A stretch of DNA of 64,000 bases. Source: Phyllosticta citribraziliensis. Lineage: Eukaryota. The position numbers were made by a program, and so were the translations under genes. Where the stretch lies: the NCBI RefSeq assembly GCF_038025025.1, contig NW_027117338.1:310001-374000 (forward strand). Reading direction: 5' to 3'. Positions 1 through 11,916 of this stretch are shown in pieces (position 1 is the first letter of the stretch; the number at the start of each line of letters is the position of its first letter). Below the pieces are notes generated by a model. The model saw only the letters and a list, made by a program, of their open reading frames with translations. It was not told where the DNA came from and made no database searches.

Positions 1-265
1 TGGGCATGGAGCCAGGATAGAGCTAGGTCCTCGAGCTGATTGGCCTGCTCGGGACTTTGCCCAGGACTTTGCCAAGCAACTATGAGGGGACAGCCAAGCA
101 CACCAAGATCATCACCACTCCTGCGAAGGACTGAAAAGGTCATGGCCCTCTGCCTCGCCTTCTCGACTACTTTACGTCCCGCATGTCCGCCCCAGACGAC
201 CCATCTCAGCGACGCTGCCCGGCGACCAGTTGACACTCGCAGTCGCTCCGCTCGCCCACGCCAAG

Positions 266-1105
266 ATGTCCACCCTCGCCGTTCCGCCTAAGGCATTGAT
301 TGTCCCAACACCACCACATTCCAAGCCTTCGTCCCACGACTCGGTCATATCTCCCCCCGCGTCGCCTTCACGTCAATATAAGCCTGCCACCTCGTCCGAT
401 TCCAGCCATGCTGAACAGTCGCTCAACTTTTCCGAAAAAGACGCTCCCTCGGCCCTAGGCCGCGACCCCATGTCCGACCGGGCCCAGGCCCGGGATCTGG
501 AGAAGCAGGCCTATCCCCCAACAAGTCGTGGCCGCACCGTCTACCAACAGGACGAAGACATCCCGCCCTTTTTGTCTGGGAGAGACGGCGACGAGCTGCC
601 CGTCGAAGACAAGGCTTTTCGGATTTTGGTGCGTAGTTGAGAACCAGTCACGCCAGCCTTGCAAACGCCTCCCTCGCTAACCCCACACGCGTAGCTCCAC
701 CTCTCGGGCTTTGCATGCCTGCTCTCCTTTGCCCTCTCGCTGTGGACTCTGTTCGCCGTGGTCCTCGCCGGCCTTTTGCAACCCCTTCGCTTCTGCAGCA
801 TCCGGCCCAACTACCGGGAGCAGTTGGTCGCGTTCCTCGGGCCCCCGCTCCGCTTGCAGTTTCGCTGCATCTACGCCGCGCCGTTTTCATCCATCTACGA
901 CACCAAGCTGCTGGTCGTCGTCCATCTCTTCTCCCCCTTTGTCGCCATGGGCATCGCCCTCGCCGCCTGGGTTTCGGCCAGCTTTTGGATTTACGCTGCC
1001 ATGATTGGCGATCCGGGCAGCAAGGACGGCCATAATGATGGACGCGAGTCTGTTCTGGTCGTGCGTTCGTACTGGGAGCGCTGGCTCCTCCGTGCGCTGC
1101 GGTAA
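266..1105 (+). CDS. Hypothetical fungal membrane protein, 2 exons (266-628, 695-1105)
   Basis: ATG at 266; donor GTGCGT at 629, branch GCTAAC ~676, acceptor TAG ending 694; phase-0 join links a disordered N-terminus to a hydrophobic C-terminal half (LHLSGFACLLSFALSLWTLFAVVLAGLL; PFVAMGIALAAWVSASFWIYAAMIGDP) ending DGHNDGRESVLVVRSYWERWLLRALR. Confidence 0.75.
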
Positions 1106-2505
1106 TCATTCGACCCCCGGGGCCTCCGCTGGACCAATTTCCCCCCTCTCCATCGAATCTCGAGTTGCTTTGCATTACTAGCGGGCGTGTGGCTTTTGCG
1201 GTGTTTGGCGTTTTATTATCATCATTTTCACTCTTGCGCTCTTCTTTCACGATCCATTTCGCCGAGGAGATGTCAGTGAGAAGACTCCGCACACAATACC
1301 TACCTTACAGGCCATGGAAAAAGATTGTACAGGATGCCTTGTTCTCCAGGTTGTTGGGAAGGGGTTGTACGGCACGTTGACGACGATTATACCCATCACT
1401 GTTTTTATTCTTCTCAATTTCTTGTCTTCGTCTGTTTTCATAGTCTGGTGCCAGGTGCATACGGCCTCGCGTTGCCGCGTTCGCCTTGCCGCTTCACCTC
1501 ATTTCTTTACTACCACGAATGTAAGCCCGCACGACGCTGCGTCTGTATCTCTACATACCTACGTTTTCCTTGCAGACTGGAGGCCACGGTCTTTTCCAGC
1601 GGAATTACGAGAGAGCCGGGGCCGTCCAGTCTTGTCTGTAAACATAGCTACCAAGGGCGCAGCTGCGGCGGCGGCGGCAGCTGCATCAATATTCTGCTGC
1701 AGGATAACTCGGAGAAGGCGGGTGTAATGTCGAAACATTTTGTCAAATCTCGTCATCAAAATAAACCCCCATGATCTCCACGAATATTCCCCACAGTCGC
1801 TCTCCCCACAAGCTAAACTAGCGACTTGGCTTGCGTACGTCAGTGTGTGTCGGTCCCTGCGCTGTCTCTTCCCCCACATACCCGCCCGGCGCCGTCGACC
1901 TAGACGCTCCTTCATGTACTATTGTGGAAAGGTAAGAATTTGCAGAGTGGGGAGGAGAGCCGATTGACGATGGAGCTGCTTTGGCTGGACTTCTTATGAG
2001 AACCCCACATTTTTTGCATAGGTGGGAGGGAGCGCTATTGAATGAGCTAAGATGAAAAACCAGGGGGTGGACTTGGTGGATTGGTATGGTATGCTCACAT
2101 CGTATGACGAGTACAGATGGGAAGCACTCGGCTTACTGACCTCCAAATGCAGAGGAACGATTCAAGCTATCGAGGCGAACGGGCACAGGAAGCAGTCAGT
2201 CGCGTGGTTCTGCGCACTCGAGTTCTGCTCTCCAGCCTCGGAAGCGGTTATAACCAGAAGTCACTTCGCCGTGACTGGCCCAGTATCACCCATCAGAGCA
2301 AGTAAACCGACTCCAACTAAAGAAAAGAGCTTTCTTATTCTTCCCTTGGCACTGCCAACAGACCTGAACCACCGAATCAACTGCTCATCTCCAACGCTAG
2401 CCAGTCAGCCAGCCAGACTGCACGCTCTCCCTTCCTTCCCTCGCACCGACCTCTCTTCCCCTCGCCCGCCAACAACAGATCACGGCAACAACAACGACCA
2501 TCATC

Positions 2506-3426
2506 ATGCCACCCAGGGAAGCCTCGAACGCTGCCACGCCCTACTTCCCTGCGCGCGCATCCTGCCCGTCTGCCGCGCCGCCACCACAACCACCACTTCC
2601 CACCACGCCGAGCGCCCTGCCACGCCGCGCCGCGCCGCCTAGCGCTTCACTCGCTCCGTTCCAAGAAAAGCAAAAAGAGGTATATTGTCAAACGCCCTGC
2701 TTGCATCGCCACGCCTGAGGGCAAGCCACAACACCCCCCCCAAGGCGTCTCGCTTCGCTGTACCCTGCGCCCTGCGGCAGCTTGGCGAGTAGAGGGCAAG
2801 AGGGCTGAGTGATTGGCTTGGCTGGCCAGAGGCCCTGTGATCACGGGATTGTTCTGGTCGTGAGCTCGGTGCCGTGGTGCCGTCTTGTCGTTTGGATTTT
2901 GGTTGTCGTGCGAAGAGTGCGGTCTTGGGTTGCTGGTTGGCGAGGGCTGGCCAGATAGCCTGCTTGCTCGGTTGTCTGTTTGTCTGTTTGTCAGTCAGCG
3001 AGTGGCCTTGTACTGTACTTCTCTGATAACTCGCCTATTGTCCTCGCAGACTGTTTGTCTGTCTGTCTGTCTGTCTGACTGACTACATGCTTATCTACGT
3101 ACATTTCTCAGTCCATCCATCATCTCTCAGTCAATCTGCTCACCTGCGTACACACACGACAACGGCAGCGACATAACCTCTCCCAACTGCCCCTGCCCCA
3201 GCACCCACCCCTACCGCCGCAGCCGCCGCCGTCCGCCGTCCCTTGGCTCAACGGAAAACGACAGCGGCGAGGGCGGGACAGGGTTTGCCGTATCCCAGCC
3301 GAGTTGCCAGCCGGGACAGGGTGTCCGCGGAGAAGTGTAAGCGAAAGGGAGGGAGGAGAAGACGACGGACCCTCCAGCTCCGCCCTTGGCACCTTGGGAT
3401 TGGCGATGGTACCAGGCAGCGAGTGA
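2506..3426 (+). CDS. Possible proline-rich orphan protein, 2 exons (2506-2679, 3169-3426), ~143 aa
   Basis: ATG after a CAA-rich leader; donor GTATAT at 2680, branch-like GCTCAC ~3138, acceptor CAG ending 3168; phase-compatible join; no recognisable domain. Confidence 0.3.
3051..3076. repeat. (TGTC)n microsatellite
   Basis: ctgtttgtctgtctgtctgtctgtctg. Confidence 0.8.
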
Positions 3427-3745
3427 GGGGCCGGCCGCCTTGCCCGTGAATGATGCTGGGGAAACGGCCGCTGGGGACGTGGGGTCCTGAAGCGGCGAGA
3501 GGGTGGAGCAGAGGGAGGCTTCGTCCTTCACTGCGGCGCTGCTGCTGACGCTGCACCAAAAGATTACTCTCAACTTGCGTCTCAGAAAGCAACGGTCGTC
3601 CTCTCTTCTGTCCCTCTCCACCAATGTCGGCCACATCTTCACCACGCACTCAATGCATGTATGGTTCGTTCGGATCCAGACGTCTGAAGGCAAGCCAAAC
3701 CACGACACTCAAATCCCAACCACCCTTCCAAGAAAAAGGCAGACA

Positions 3746-4243
3746 CTAAGCCAAGGCTTTCGTGAAGAAGCGAAGAAAAAGCGACTCCGAGGTACACAAA
3801 ACAAGAGGCGGCCGAGCCAAGCGGAGCGGAAAGAGTAAACCCACGCCCTGATATCTTGACCGCATCATCCCGTGGCAATCCCGCTCTTCTGCTTGGCCTG
3901 ACAGCGGCGGCGGCGGCGGGCGCCTAAACACGCTCATCTTCCTCTTCATCTCGTCAAGAGTTGGGCTCAGGAGCGGTAAGCAGGCAGAAACTTGGCGGCG
4001 TGATCGCGCAGGCCAGGCAGCCCAGCCCGAAGCTTGGCTCCAGTCGAGCCGATCGTCGGCCTTCTGTCCACGGGTGCTCCGCATCAACAGCGCTGTGTTG
4101 GTGGTGGTGCTCCTGGAAAGGTGTTGGTGCACAAACGATGCACCGTTGGCCGTGCGTGACGGCTTGGCTGCTGCGCTGTGTGCTCTTTGTGCTCTCGTCT
4201 CTGCCGCTTCTGCCTCTCTGCGTGCTGTTGTCGAAGGGACCAT
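3746..4243 (-). CDS. Possible hypothetical protein (may be the last exon of a longer gene)
   Basis: 165-codon ATG-initiated ORF with protein-like composition; upstream exon structure not resolved. Confidence 0.25.
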   Translation of the reverse strand: MVPSTTARREAEAAETRAQRAHSAAAKPSRTANGASFVHQHLSRSTTTNTALLMRSTRGQKADDRLDWSQASGWAAWPARSRRQVSACLPLLSPTLDEMKRKMSVFRRPPPPPLSGQAEERDCHGMMRSRYQGVGLLFPLRLARPPLVLCTSESLFLRFFTKALA

Positions 4244-5283
4244 GCTTGCTCGTCCTCCAAGAAGAAGCAGAAGATCAACAAATCACGCCAGATGGACGTG
4301 GACATGTTCCAAGTGGGATGTCGCTGGCGCACTTTGCCTCCTCGTTTGCCCGATCGTCACTTTCAGTTTCGCCCTCTGTTCCCTTACAATCCACCACTTT
4401 CCATTAGCTTCCCCCACTCAAGCAGAAGGGTGCTCTCTGAGCAACAAGCATGGGGGATGCGAGAGCTTGGGGTGAAGAGAAAAGGCCCGGCTGAAGACGC
4501 TCAAAATTTCCCGTTTGGGAAAGAGGTCTGTGTTGGCGGGGCGGGGGCGGAGACGGACGAGTCGTTGGCTCACTCGATTCTGGAGCAGGTACTCGAACTT
4601 TGTGAGGCCAAAGCGGTCGCTTGCTGTTGCTGCGGACGACAGGGCAAGAAAAGGACAAGCAAACACGACAGCATGCCCAGACAGCGGGAGAGAGCGTGAT
4701 GACTGATCATCAGATCAGTGTCTGTGTTTGCCTTGCAGCAGGCTTACTGGGCGGGTTTTGCTGCACAACGACATGTCGTGGCACACGTAGCTGCAGGTTC
4801 CGTTGACTGTTCCTCTGTCCACCAAAACCCGCTTTCTCGATGACCAAGGCTTGGAGGCAATGGATGAGTGCTCACGATATCCCTATCAGTTTTGTTTTCG
4901 TCTTACCCGAGAGGTCGGCCGGAGAGCTGTCCGAGGCTCCGACTCGGCGGACGGCATGGCTTGGATGCGCCAAGGGGGGCATGAAACAGGTACGCGGTGC
5001 AGACAAGACAAATGCGAACCCTCTAGGCGGACAAGCGCCGACCCAAGAAATTGCCAAGATGGTTCGACTCGGGGTTGTGCGCTGCTGGGCTGGGTCGAGG
5101 TCGGCACTGTCCATGGTTTGAGGCTGACATCTATCTATCGTCATTTTTGTCTTGCCAAGGTCCCTGATCAGATTGAATTGTGTTCGCTGTTGATGCAACG
5201 AAAGATTGGCTGACTCCCTGGTTCCTCTGCTCCTTACCAGCTTGCTCACCCCATCTTCACATGCCCAGGAATCCAGTAGCACG

Positions 5284-6182
5284 TCATGCCGTCTTGGACT
5301 TTGCTGAACTGGCTCCACTGCCCTTCCATGCGCTCAGAATGAGATTGACAATGTGCTCGACGTTGGTTCCATTCTTGACCTGCGCAAAAATCGTCGGGCC
5401 TCCCTCCCTGCATATGCATTAGCTGCCGCAACCACAGGCACGGTCCGACCGCGACTAGACTCACCTCATCTTGCGCGCATCCCTTTCCATCACTCCTAGA
5501 TCCGCGCCAACGATCTCTGCTAGGTCTGTCTTGTTCACCACCAGCAAGTCGCTCTGCGTGATGCCCGGGCCGCCCTTTCGCGGAATCTTGTCGCCGCCGC
5601 TGACGTCGATCACGTAGATGATGAAGTCGGCCAGCTCGCGGCTGTAGTTGGCCGCCAGATTGTCGCCTCCGCTCTCAATCAACAGCAGATCCGTGTTGAA
5701 CTCGCTGTGCAAGTCCTCCAGCGCCGCCAGGTTCGCCGAAATGTCCTCCCGCACAGCCGCGTGTGGACACCCGCCCGTCTCAATCGCCCGTATCCGCTCC
5801 GAAGGAAGCGCCTTGTGCCGCGTCAGAAACTCACAGTCTTCGCGCGTGAAGATATCGTTGGTGACCGCGGCGATGCTGTACTTGTCGCGGAGCGCCAGGC
5901 AGAGCGCCAGCATCAGCGCCGTCTTGCCTGAGCCTACCGGTCTGGCACAGCGTTAGCATCCTCGTCAGCCGTGTCCATGTGTTGCAATGGCTCCGTTCTT
6001 CGATCCACCTACCCGCCAATGCCAATTGTAAAGGCTCGTTCTGTCCAGTCCCTCCCCTCGATGATGGGCATTTCGCGACCGAGGTAGGAGCCAGGGCCTT
6101 CGAGAATCTCGTGCGTGTGGCCATGATCGGCGCCGGCGTGTGAGTGCGCGACTCCTCCGTCGTGAGAGTGCGTCTGCGCCAT
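5284..6182 (-). CDS. ureG: Urease accessory GTPase UreG, 3 exons (6182-6013, 5941-5465, 5407-5284)
   Basis: His-rich N-terminus [22 protein letters not shown]-loop GGPVGSGKT restored across intron 1; ETGGCPH, ESGGDNL and NKTD motifs; canonical GT-AG introns. Confidence 0.96.
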
Positions 6183-6837
6183 AGTCGAATGATGGTGTCT
6201 GAGAATTGGGCGACAATTGGGCGTCGTTGGACCGTCAAGAAAGCGATGTTCCGCGTCATGGAGTGGAGTGGGGCAGGAACGTGGGGTCCAAAGCACCCCG
6301 GCTTGGGCCTGAGCTTCCCGATCAAGGGTTGATCTATTGACCCTTCGACATCTTTTCGACTTTTGTACTATGCTGCGGCTGTTGGAAAGACGATTGCATC
6401 TTGTAGATTCAGATTGTCAGCGTCTCAGACAGCAAACACTGGACGCCCACGGCTAAGCTCTGCTAGGTCGATGTTCAATTTGCAGCAACATTTTTTCCAA
6501 AACTCCCTGTCTCTCCTCTTCATCTTCCTCCTGTAGGCAATGCGCCGCAATGGAGCATCATCGGGCTCAGACTTGATCATTCAAAAGCTTAGAATATTCA
6601 CGAGACGAGCATTCACACGGTAGAAGCATCGATGCGGTAGTGGCATCCACTAGGGCAAAGCATCCACGCAGCAAGAGCATCCACTCGGCATCAGCGAAGA
6701 AACTGGCAATGTGAACGATGTGACTCCTATTCAACATGCTCGTCCAGCTGGTCAAATGTGAGGGAGACGGTCGTCGTGCATCTACTGAGCTTGACAAGCT
6801 GTTGACCTGATCTTCTCAACACCCAACACCATTCGAC

Positions 6838-7775
6838 ATGGCACCTCGGGACGCAACCTTTGACACCAACTTATATTTTGGGAAGAAGATGGCCAGATTT
6901 CCCCTCCACACGGTCTCATGCACGAAATCACCTCGTCAACGGGGTTTTCTCTTGCCTCATGAAATACTAAGGTACAGATCCAGGCTCAGACGAGTTTGGC
7001 CTCTCCTAGGCCCACGGAGTCGACCGAGCCGCCAAGGTTGATCGAGTCACCATCCAATCGACTACGAATTATCATGGTCTGCGAAATCATAGGGCTGAGC
7101 AGGTCGCTAGAGTCAATCGAGTGCCAGTGAAGCAAGCAAGTATCGATTCTCATGCTGTGCGAGGCCCAGGTTCAGACAAACTTGGACTATCCCGGAGCTA
7201 CGTGGTTAATTGAAGCACCAGAGATTGTTGAACCGCCCAAGTCAATCAATTGTCCCAAGTTGCTCGAACCTCCCGAGCTGTCAACGAAGCAACCATGAAT
7301 CCTCTTGCGAATTGCAGGGTAGGTGAGATTTCAGACCGTGCTGTCAACTGAAAGTACGGGAATGTTCCTCACTTTGTGCTGACGTCTAGCTCCGAAAGTG
7401 GAGCAGACAAATCAAGCGGCGATTCTGCGACGGCTGTCTGGTATTCACGACTGGAAGTGTAGCGGACAGGTCCAGACATGAATCGGGGATTGCACCTCGT
7501 GCTGTGCATCAAAATTATCCAAGGATTTCTCCAACGTGGGGGAGAAATGGCGGCTCCAGACGAGCCACAAGAACGGTGGCTGCATATAGCAACGAGTAGT
7601 GTAGCGTACTGATGAGATGGTCAGAAAGTGCTCGCGCACAAAGCAGACGCCTGACATAAAAGCACTTGAGCAAAACGTAAACAACGGCGAGCCGGCCAAA
7701 AATGGCAAAAATGGCAAAAAGAAAGAGACTATCGTCATCACCCACCCAGAATCGAACAGAAGACAGCTGCCATGA
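6838..7775 (+). pseudogene. Possible decayed gene with Glu/Pro hexapeptide repeats
   Basis: One frame from ~6963 reads as repetitive peptide (STEPPR LIESPS ... LIEAPE IVEPPK SINCPK LLEPPE) broken by in-frame stops; intron-like GCTGAC..TAG ending 7389; boundaries approximate. Confidence 0.3.
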
Positions 7776-8342
7776 GATTCTAAGCGAGTTGAATGATAAC
7801 GCCATTCCTCCCAAACTCACCACGCGAACGAACAGGGGATGTTTTGGGGTTCCGGTGCTAAACTGGCTTGGGTTTTTGCATTAAATACACACCCAATGTG
7901 CAAGTTCACCTACCTATCTTGGACTCTGCACGTTCTACGTCAGCGGCGGCGAGGTTCTGAGGTTGAAGATTGATTGAGCTGGTGCCTGCCTGCTCTTGGG
8001 TTGGTGGTCATGTAGCCGTCATCTTCGCTGTCTATGCCGTCCCCATGCGTTCCAACTTCCGTGGTACCTTGGCCACCCCTCTTAACTACCTCCTCTGGGC
8101 ATTACGAGAGGCATCCGGTACGTGAAAGTAGTGAGTGCTCGGAAACAGCGCAAAGATCTCTTTCTTGTCAGCACCCAGCGCTCTTCTCGCGTTGAAGGTG
8201 GGAGTGTGGTGGTCTGGTGGACGACCTGACCGACTTCCTTCACCCACCACCCACTGCACCGGTTCGACGCTCTTGCTTCATGGCAGCCACCAGCAGGCGC
8301 ATCGCCAGGCTTTTCGTTGTCCCGACTGCCGGTGCCCTTGGG

Positions 8343-8350
8343 TATATATA
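8343..8350 (+). promoter_or_regulatory. Putative TATA box of the Stc1-domain gene
   Basis: TATATATA followed by a CT-rich tract, ~80 nt upstream of ATG 8427. Confidence 0.5.
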
Positions 8351-8426
8351 GCTGCCTCTCCCCGACTTTCGCTTTCTTTCTTTCCATCTCCTCTCTTCTC
8401 CCTCTCCCTCCCTCCCCACGCCCACG

Positions 8427-8857
8427 ATGCCCGCCCTCCCAGAGCAGTACGACTTCGCTCTCTTCGTGTCTCGCGACGCAGCTGACCACACGCAGAATCA
8501 AATGCGAACGGTGCGAAAAAATGAAAAAACTTCGAAATTTTTCCCAAAAGCGCCTCCACGACGCCCAGAGGAAGATGCGCGCCGGCAGTCCGCCTACTAC
8601 GATCTGCATTCCCTGCACCGGTGGCCCTGCCCAAGAGCTCCAGTGTTTCGGCTGCGATGTTTGGAAGGACTTGGAGGATTTCTCGAAGTCGCAACGCAAA
8701 GCGCCCGACACCGCCGTAAGTTGAACAGTTCCCTTCAGTGATGCCATGCTGACTGACTGTGTTGCAGAAATGCTCCTCTTGCATCAAGGAGCAGGTGGAG
8801 CTTGAGCCCGTCGACTCCAGTGCGCAATGGGACGACAGCTCTGACTGCGAGATCTAG
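8427..8857 (+). CDS. Stc1-domain tandem zinc-finger protein, 3 exons (8427-8446, 8496-8715, 8768-8857), 109 aa
   Basis: Spliced product MPALPEQIKCERCEKMKKLRNFSQKRL..CIPC..ELQCFGCDVWKDLEDFSKSQRKAPDTAKCSSC; four CxxC pairs with FSxK/FSKxQR motifs match the Stc1 domain pattern; introns GTACGA..GCTGAC..CAG and GTAAGT..CTGAC..CAG. Confidence 0.85.
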
Positions 8858-9861
8858 GGTTCTTGGGCGAGTCCGCCCTGCAACATCAGACGATGTTGCT
8901 CGGGTTGGCGCTAGTCTCAGGTAGCAGTTTTTTCACTTCCTAACGATAGACATGTCAATGAAGCAACCTCTTGCTCGTCATCTCATGTGCACCTGATAGC
9001 CATCGCTCGTAATTCATGAACCTGTGACTCTGCCAAAGCTCGTTGATGTTGAGTCCGCGCAGTCGACATGTCTCGCACTTTGCCGTCACCAGTTTCATCG
9101 CCTCATTGCTCGCGTCGGTTGCCTCGCGCGTCAACCCAGCCTCTCCTCCACATCGACCTCATCTCCGCTCGCCGCCCACACGCCGTGGACGAACCGCTCG
9201 AGGAGCTCGCCGACGAGCCCCCCAATCGCTCGACCTGCGGCAAAGGACGCGCGCAACCCTAACCGAACTACCGCACTCTTCTCCAACCACCGGAAGTCAG
9301 CTGGGTCCTGGTCAAGTCTCAGGCGGCAACAAACCGAAGTCCGTGACCGAGTGCTCTGCTCCAGCATGTATGCTTCCAGGTGAGTGCAAATAATGAAGGC
9401 GTAGAGTGCACGGAGACAGAGCGGCGTTTTTGGACACGGAGATGTTTATGCCGAACAAGCCCCAGAAATGCGTCTGACAGGAGAGAAGAGAGGGGTGGGC
9501 AATGATGACGGGCTCGAGCGAGAGAGGGAGAGAGCGGGTTTCGGAAGAGGGGCCAGGCCAGTCCACGCCAATTCGTTTAGATATGCGGAAGAGGGAGAAG
9601 CCAGGACAAAAAGAGTCGTGTGGTTTAGTTTGATTTGACATAAATTGCTCTCTTTCTATATGCGTGCGTGCGTGCCCAGTAAGCGTGGAGAAACGCGCTC
9701 TAAACAAAAAGGGGACCCCTCTTGGTTCTATGATGTGCTGCTGCGCCACCCCGACCCGGACCGCACCTGACTCCTGGCCGAGACGAGGCAAACGAGATGG
9801 AAAGATTGGCAAGACGGCCGCCCCCGGTAATAGGAGGGGAAGAGAGAGAAAGGGACGAGCT

Positions 9862-11314
9862 CTACGCCCTCTTGCAATAGTCCCTCCCATGCCGGACCTG
9901 CCACCCACACAGCCACGTCTCCATGAGCATGCCCAAGAAGCCCGCAGTGCAGATGCCGGCCGAGTCACTGACGCTGGTGGCGCTGAGGCTGAACTCGCGG
10001 TCGGGCTTGGGGACGTGGTCGGTGATTTCGGCAAAGGTGCTGACGTAGACGAGGCCGCCGAGCAGGCCCTCCCAAAAGACGACGACGAAGACGACCCACA
10101 CGTTGGGGATGAAGTCCCACAGCGCGTGCGCCGTCAGCAGGCCGAGGTTGAGCACCTGCAGCAGCGACGGCAGGTACAGGTTGTGGATGCGGAAGAAAGG
10201 CGTGCTGGAGCGCGAGAGGAAGACGCCCGTTTGGTAGATGGCGTTGTAGGTCGGGTAGAAGGCGCGGTACTGGCTGAATGGCGATGAGATGAGCGGGAAG
10301 AGCAGCGTTGGTGCTACGCCTTGGTTGATGGTGTATTCGGCAATGTAGACGAGAAGCAGAGGGAGCATGCTGCGGATTGTTAGAAGAGAGGACGTGGAGC
10401 TTCGCGTGGTACTTACTATGGGATGAAGAGGCCCTTGGACCGCTTGAGGTTGGTCTGGATGCTGTCAAGAATCCTACGGCGGCGTGACCGCACAGTAAAG
10501 CTTTTGCCAGAGGCGGACAGTATCGACGAGCTCAGCAGGCCCTGGCTGTCCTCGTCATCCAAATCCTCGTCCAGGTCATCTTCCGTCTCGACGCTTTGGT
10601 ACTTCGCATTGTTCGCGGCCGCATTCAAGGGACCTCTGGGCAAGACGATGAAAAAGCTCGCGAGCATAATCACAGGCAAAAAGGAAAAGGCAAGCAAACT
10701 GGTCCTCACACTGAGTCCTATGGTCGTCGTAGCCAACACGTATGCTCCCGCTCCAACCAGACCTGCGCCTCCAGTACCGCTGCCCCATGCCGCCAGGCTG
10801 AAAGGGCCATAGTAGTGCGTCAGACCAAGGAAGCTCAATTCACCGCCGCCAGAGCTCAAGCTGGCAAAAATGATGCCCAGCATGCGGATGGCAATGGCCG
10901 TCTTGTGGCGCGTGGCGGGGGTGAGAGCTATGAGCATCATGCCCGAGGCGGACAGGGCGACGAAGACGCAGACGCGGACAGCATAGGGCACCTTGTGTAT
11001 AAAGTACGGCGCGAGCAGCTTGGTGAGGAAGGACGGGATGACGTCGGCGAGCAGGACCAGGCCCTTGGGAACGGCGGGGCCCACGAGGTCGACGGCGGCC
11101 GACAGGATTATCACGTAGAGGACATTGTTGATGAGACCTAGGGGAGCGGGCGGACCGGGGGTGGTAAGCAACTACTGCGTGACACGGCACATGCAGGCTT
11201 ACCGAAGAGCCAAAAGGCAGCGCAGACGCGGGGGTCGGCGCCGTCAAAGATGGATTTGAACTTGGCCCGGTAGACGGCCCATGACGCAGCTGGTGTTCCG
11301 GGCATGGGGAGCAT
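9862..11314 (-). CDS. BTN1: Battenin/CLN3 orthologue, 3 exons (11314-11203, 11137-10417, 10369-9862)
   Basis: [71 protein letters not shown] motifs; GT-AG introns. Confidence 0.95.
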
Positions 11315-11916
11315 CGGTGGGTGGTGGCGGGAGGAGGAGGAGAAGAGGTGTGGAGTGCCAGTTCATCTGGCGTCGGACATGGTCAGAAGGGAGCAGGGCG
11401 GCGGGCCGCAGGGGTTTTGAGCTGAGGGTGTATTGCGATGAGCGGGGACGAAGCGGACGGAGGCCGCGCGTTGGTCGGGACGGGGTGGGCGTTGAGCGCG
11501 ACGTGTAGATATGGGACGTGGTGGGTGATAAAGGTCGGGTCAGGTCGTGGAGTAGATGGATGTGGGAGAGAGGTAGGGGTGCAGGGCGAGGGATCAGCAG
11601 GCCGGCAGCGCAGCCAGGAACATGGGCTAGCATGGCAAGGGTGCGTCTGCTGCTGCGATCCGGGCGTCTAGTCGACTCCAGCCAGAGGCAAAGCTCTTGT
11701 CTGACGGGACCAGCCTAGACACTCTACTACCCTACCCTACCCTTCGACACTCTCTCTACCTTACCTACCCCAGCTATTCAGTTTCGCCTCTCAACACCAC
11801 GCCGAACCACTCGTCCGCCAGTGACGCCGCTCGACGCCAGTCTCTGATCTGCTCCCTCGATCGCGTCGCTACACCCTTCCATCACCATCACCGCTCTTTC
11901 GCCCGTGCCGTCAACC

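Noticed and set aside
6324..6345. Short hairpin AAGGGTTGA-tcta-TTGACCCTT upstream of ureG
   Set aside because: Nine base pairs including two G-U pairs on the non-coding strand; within chance expectation
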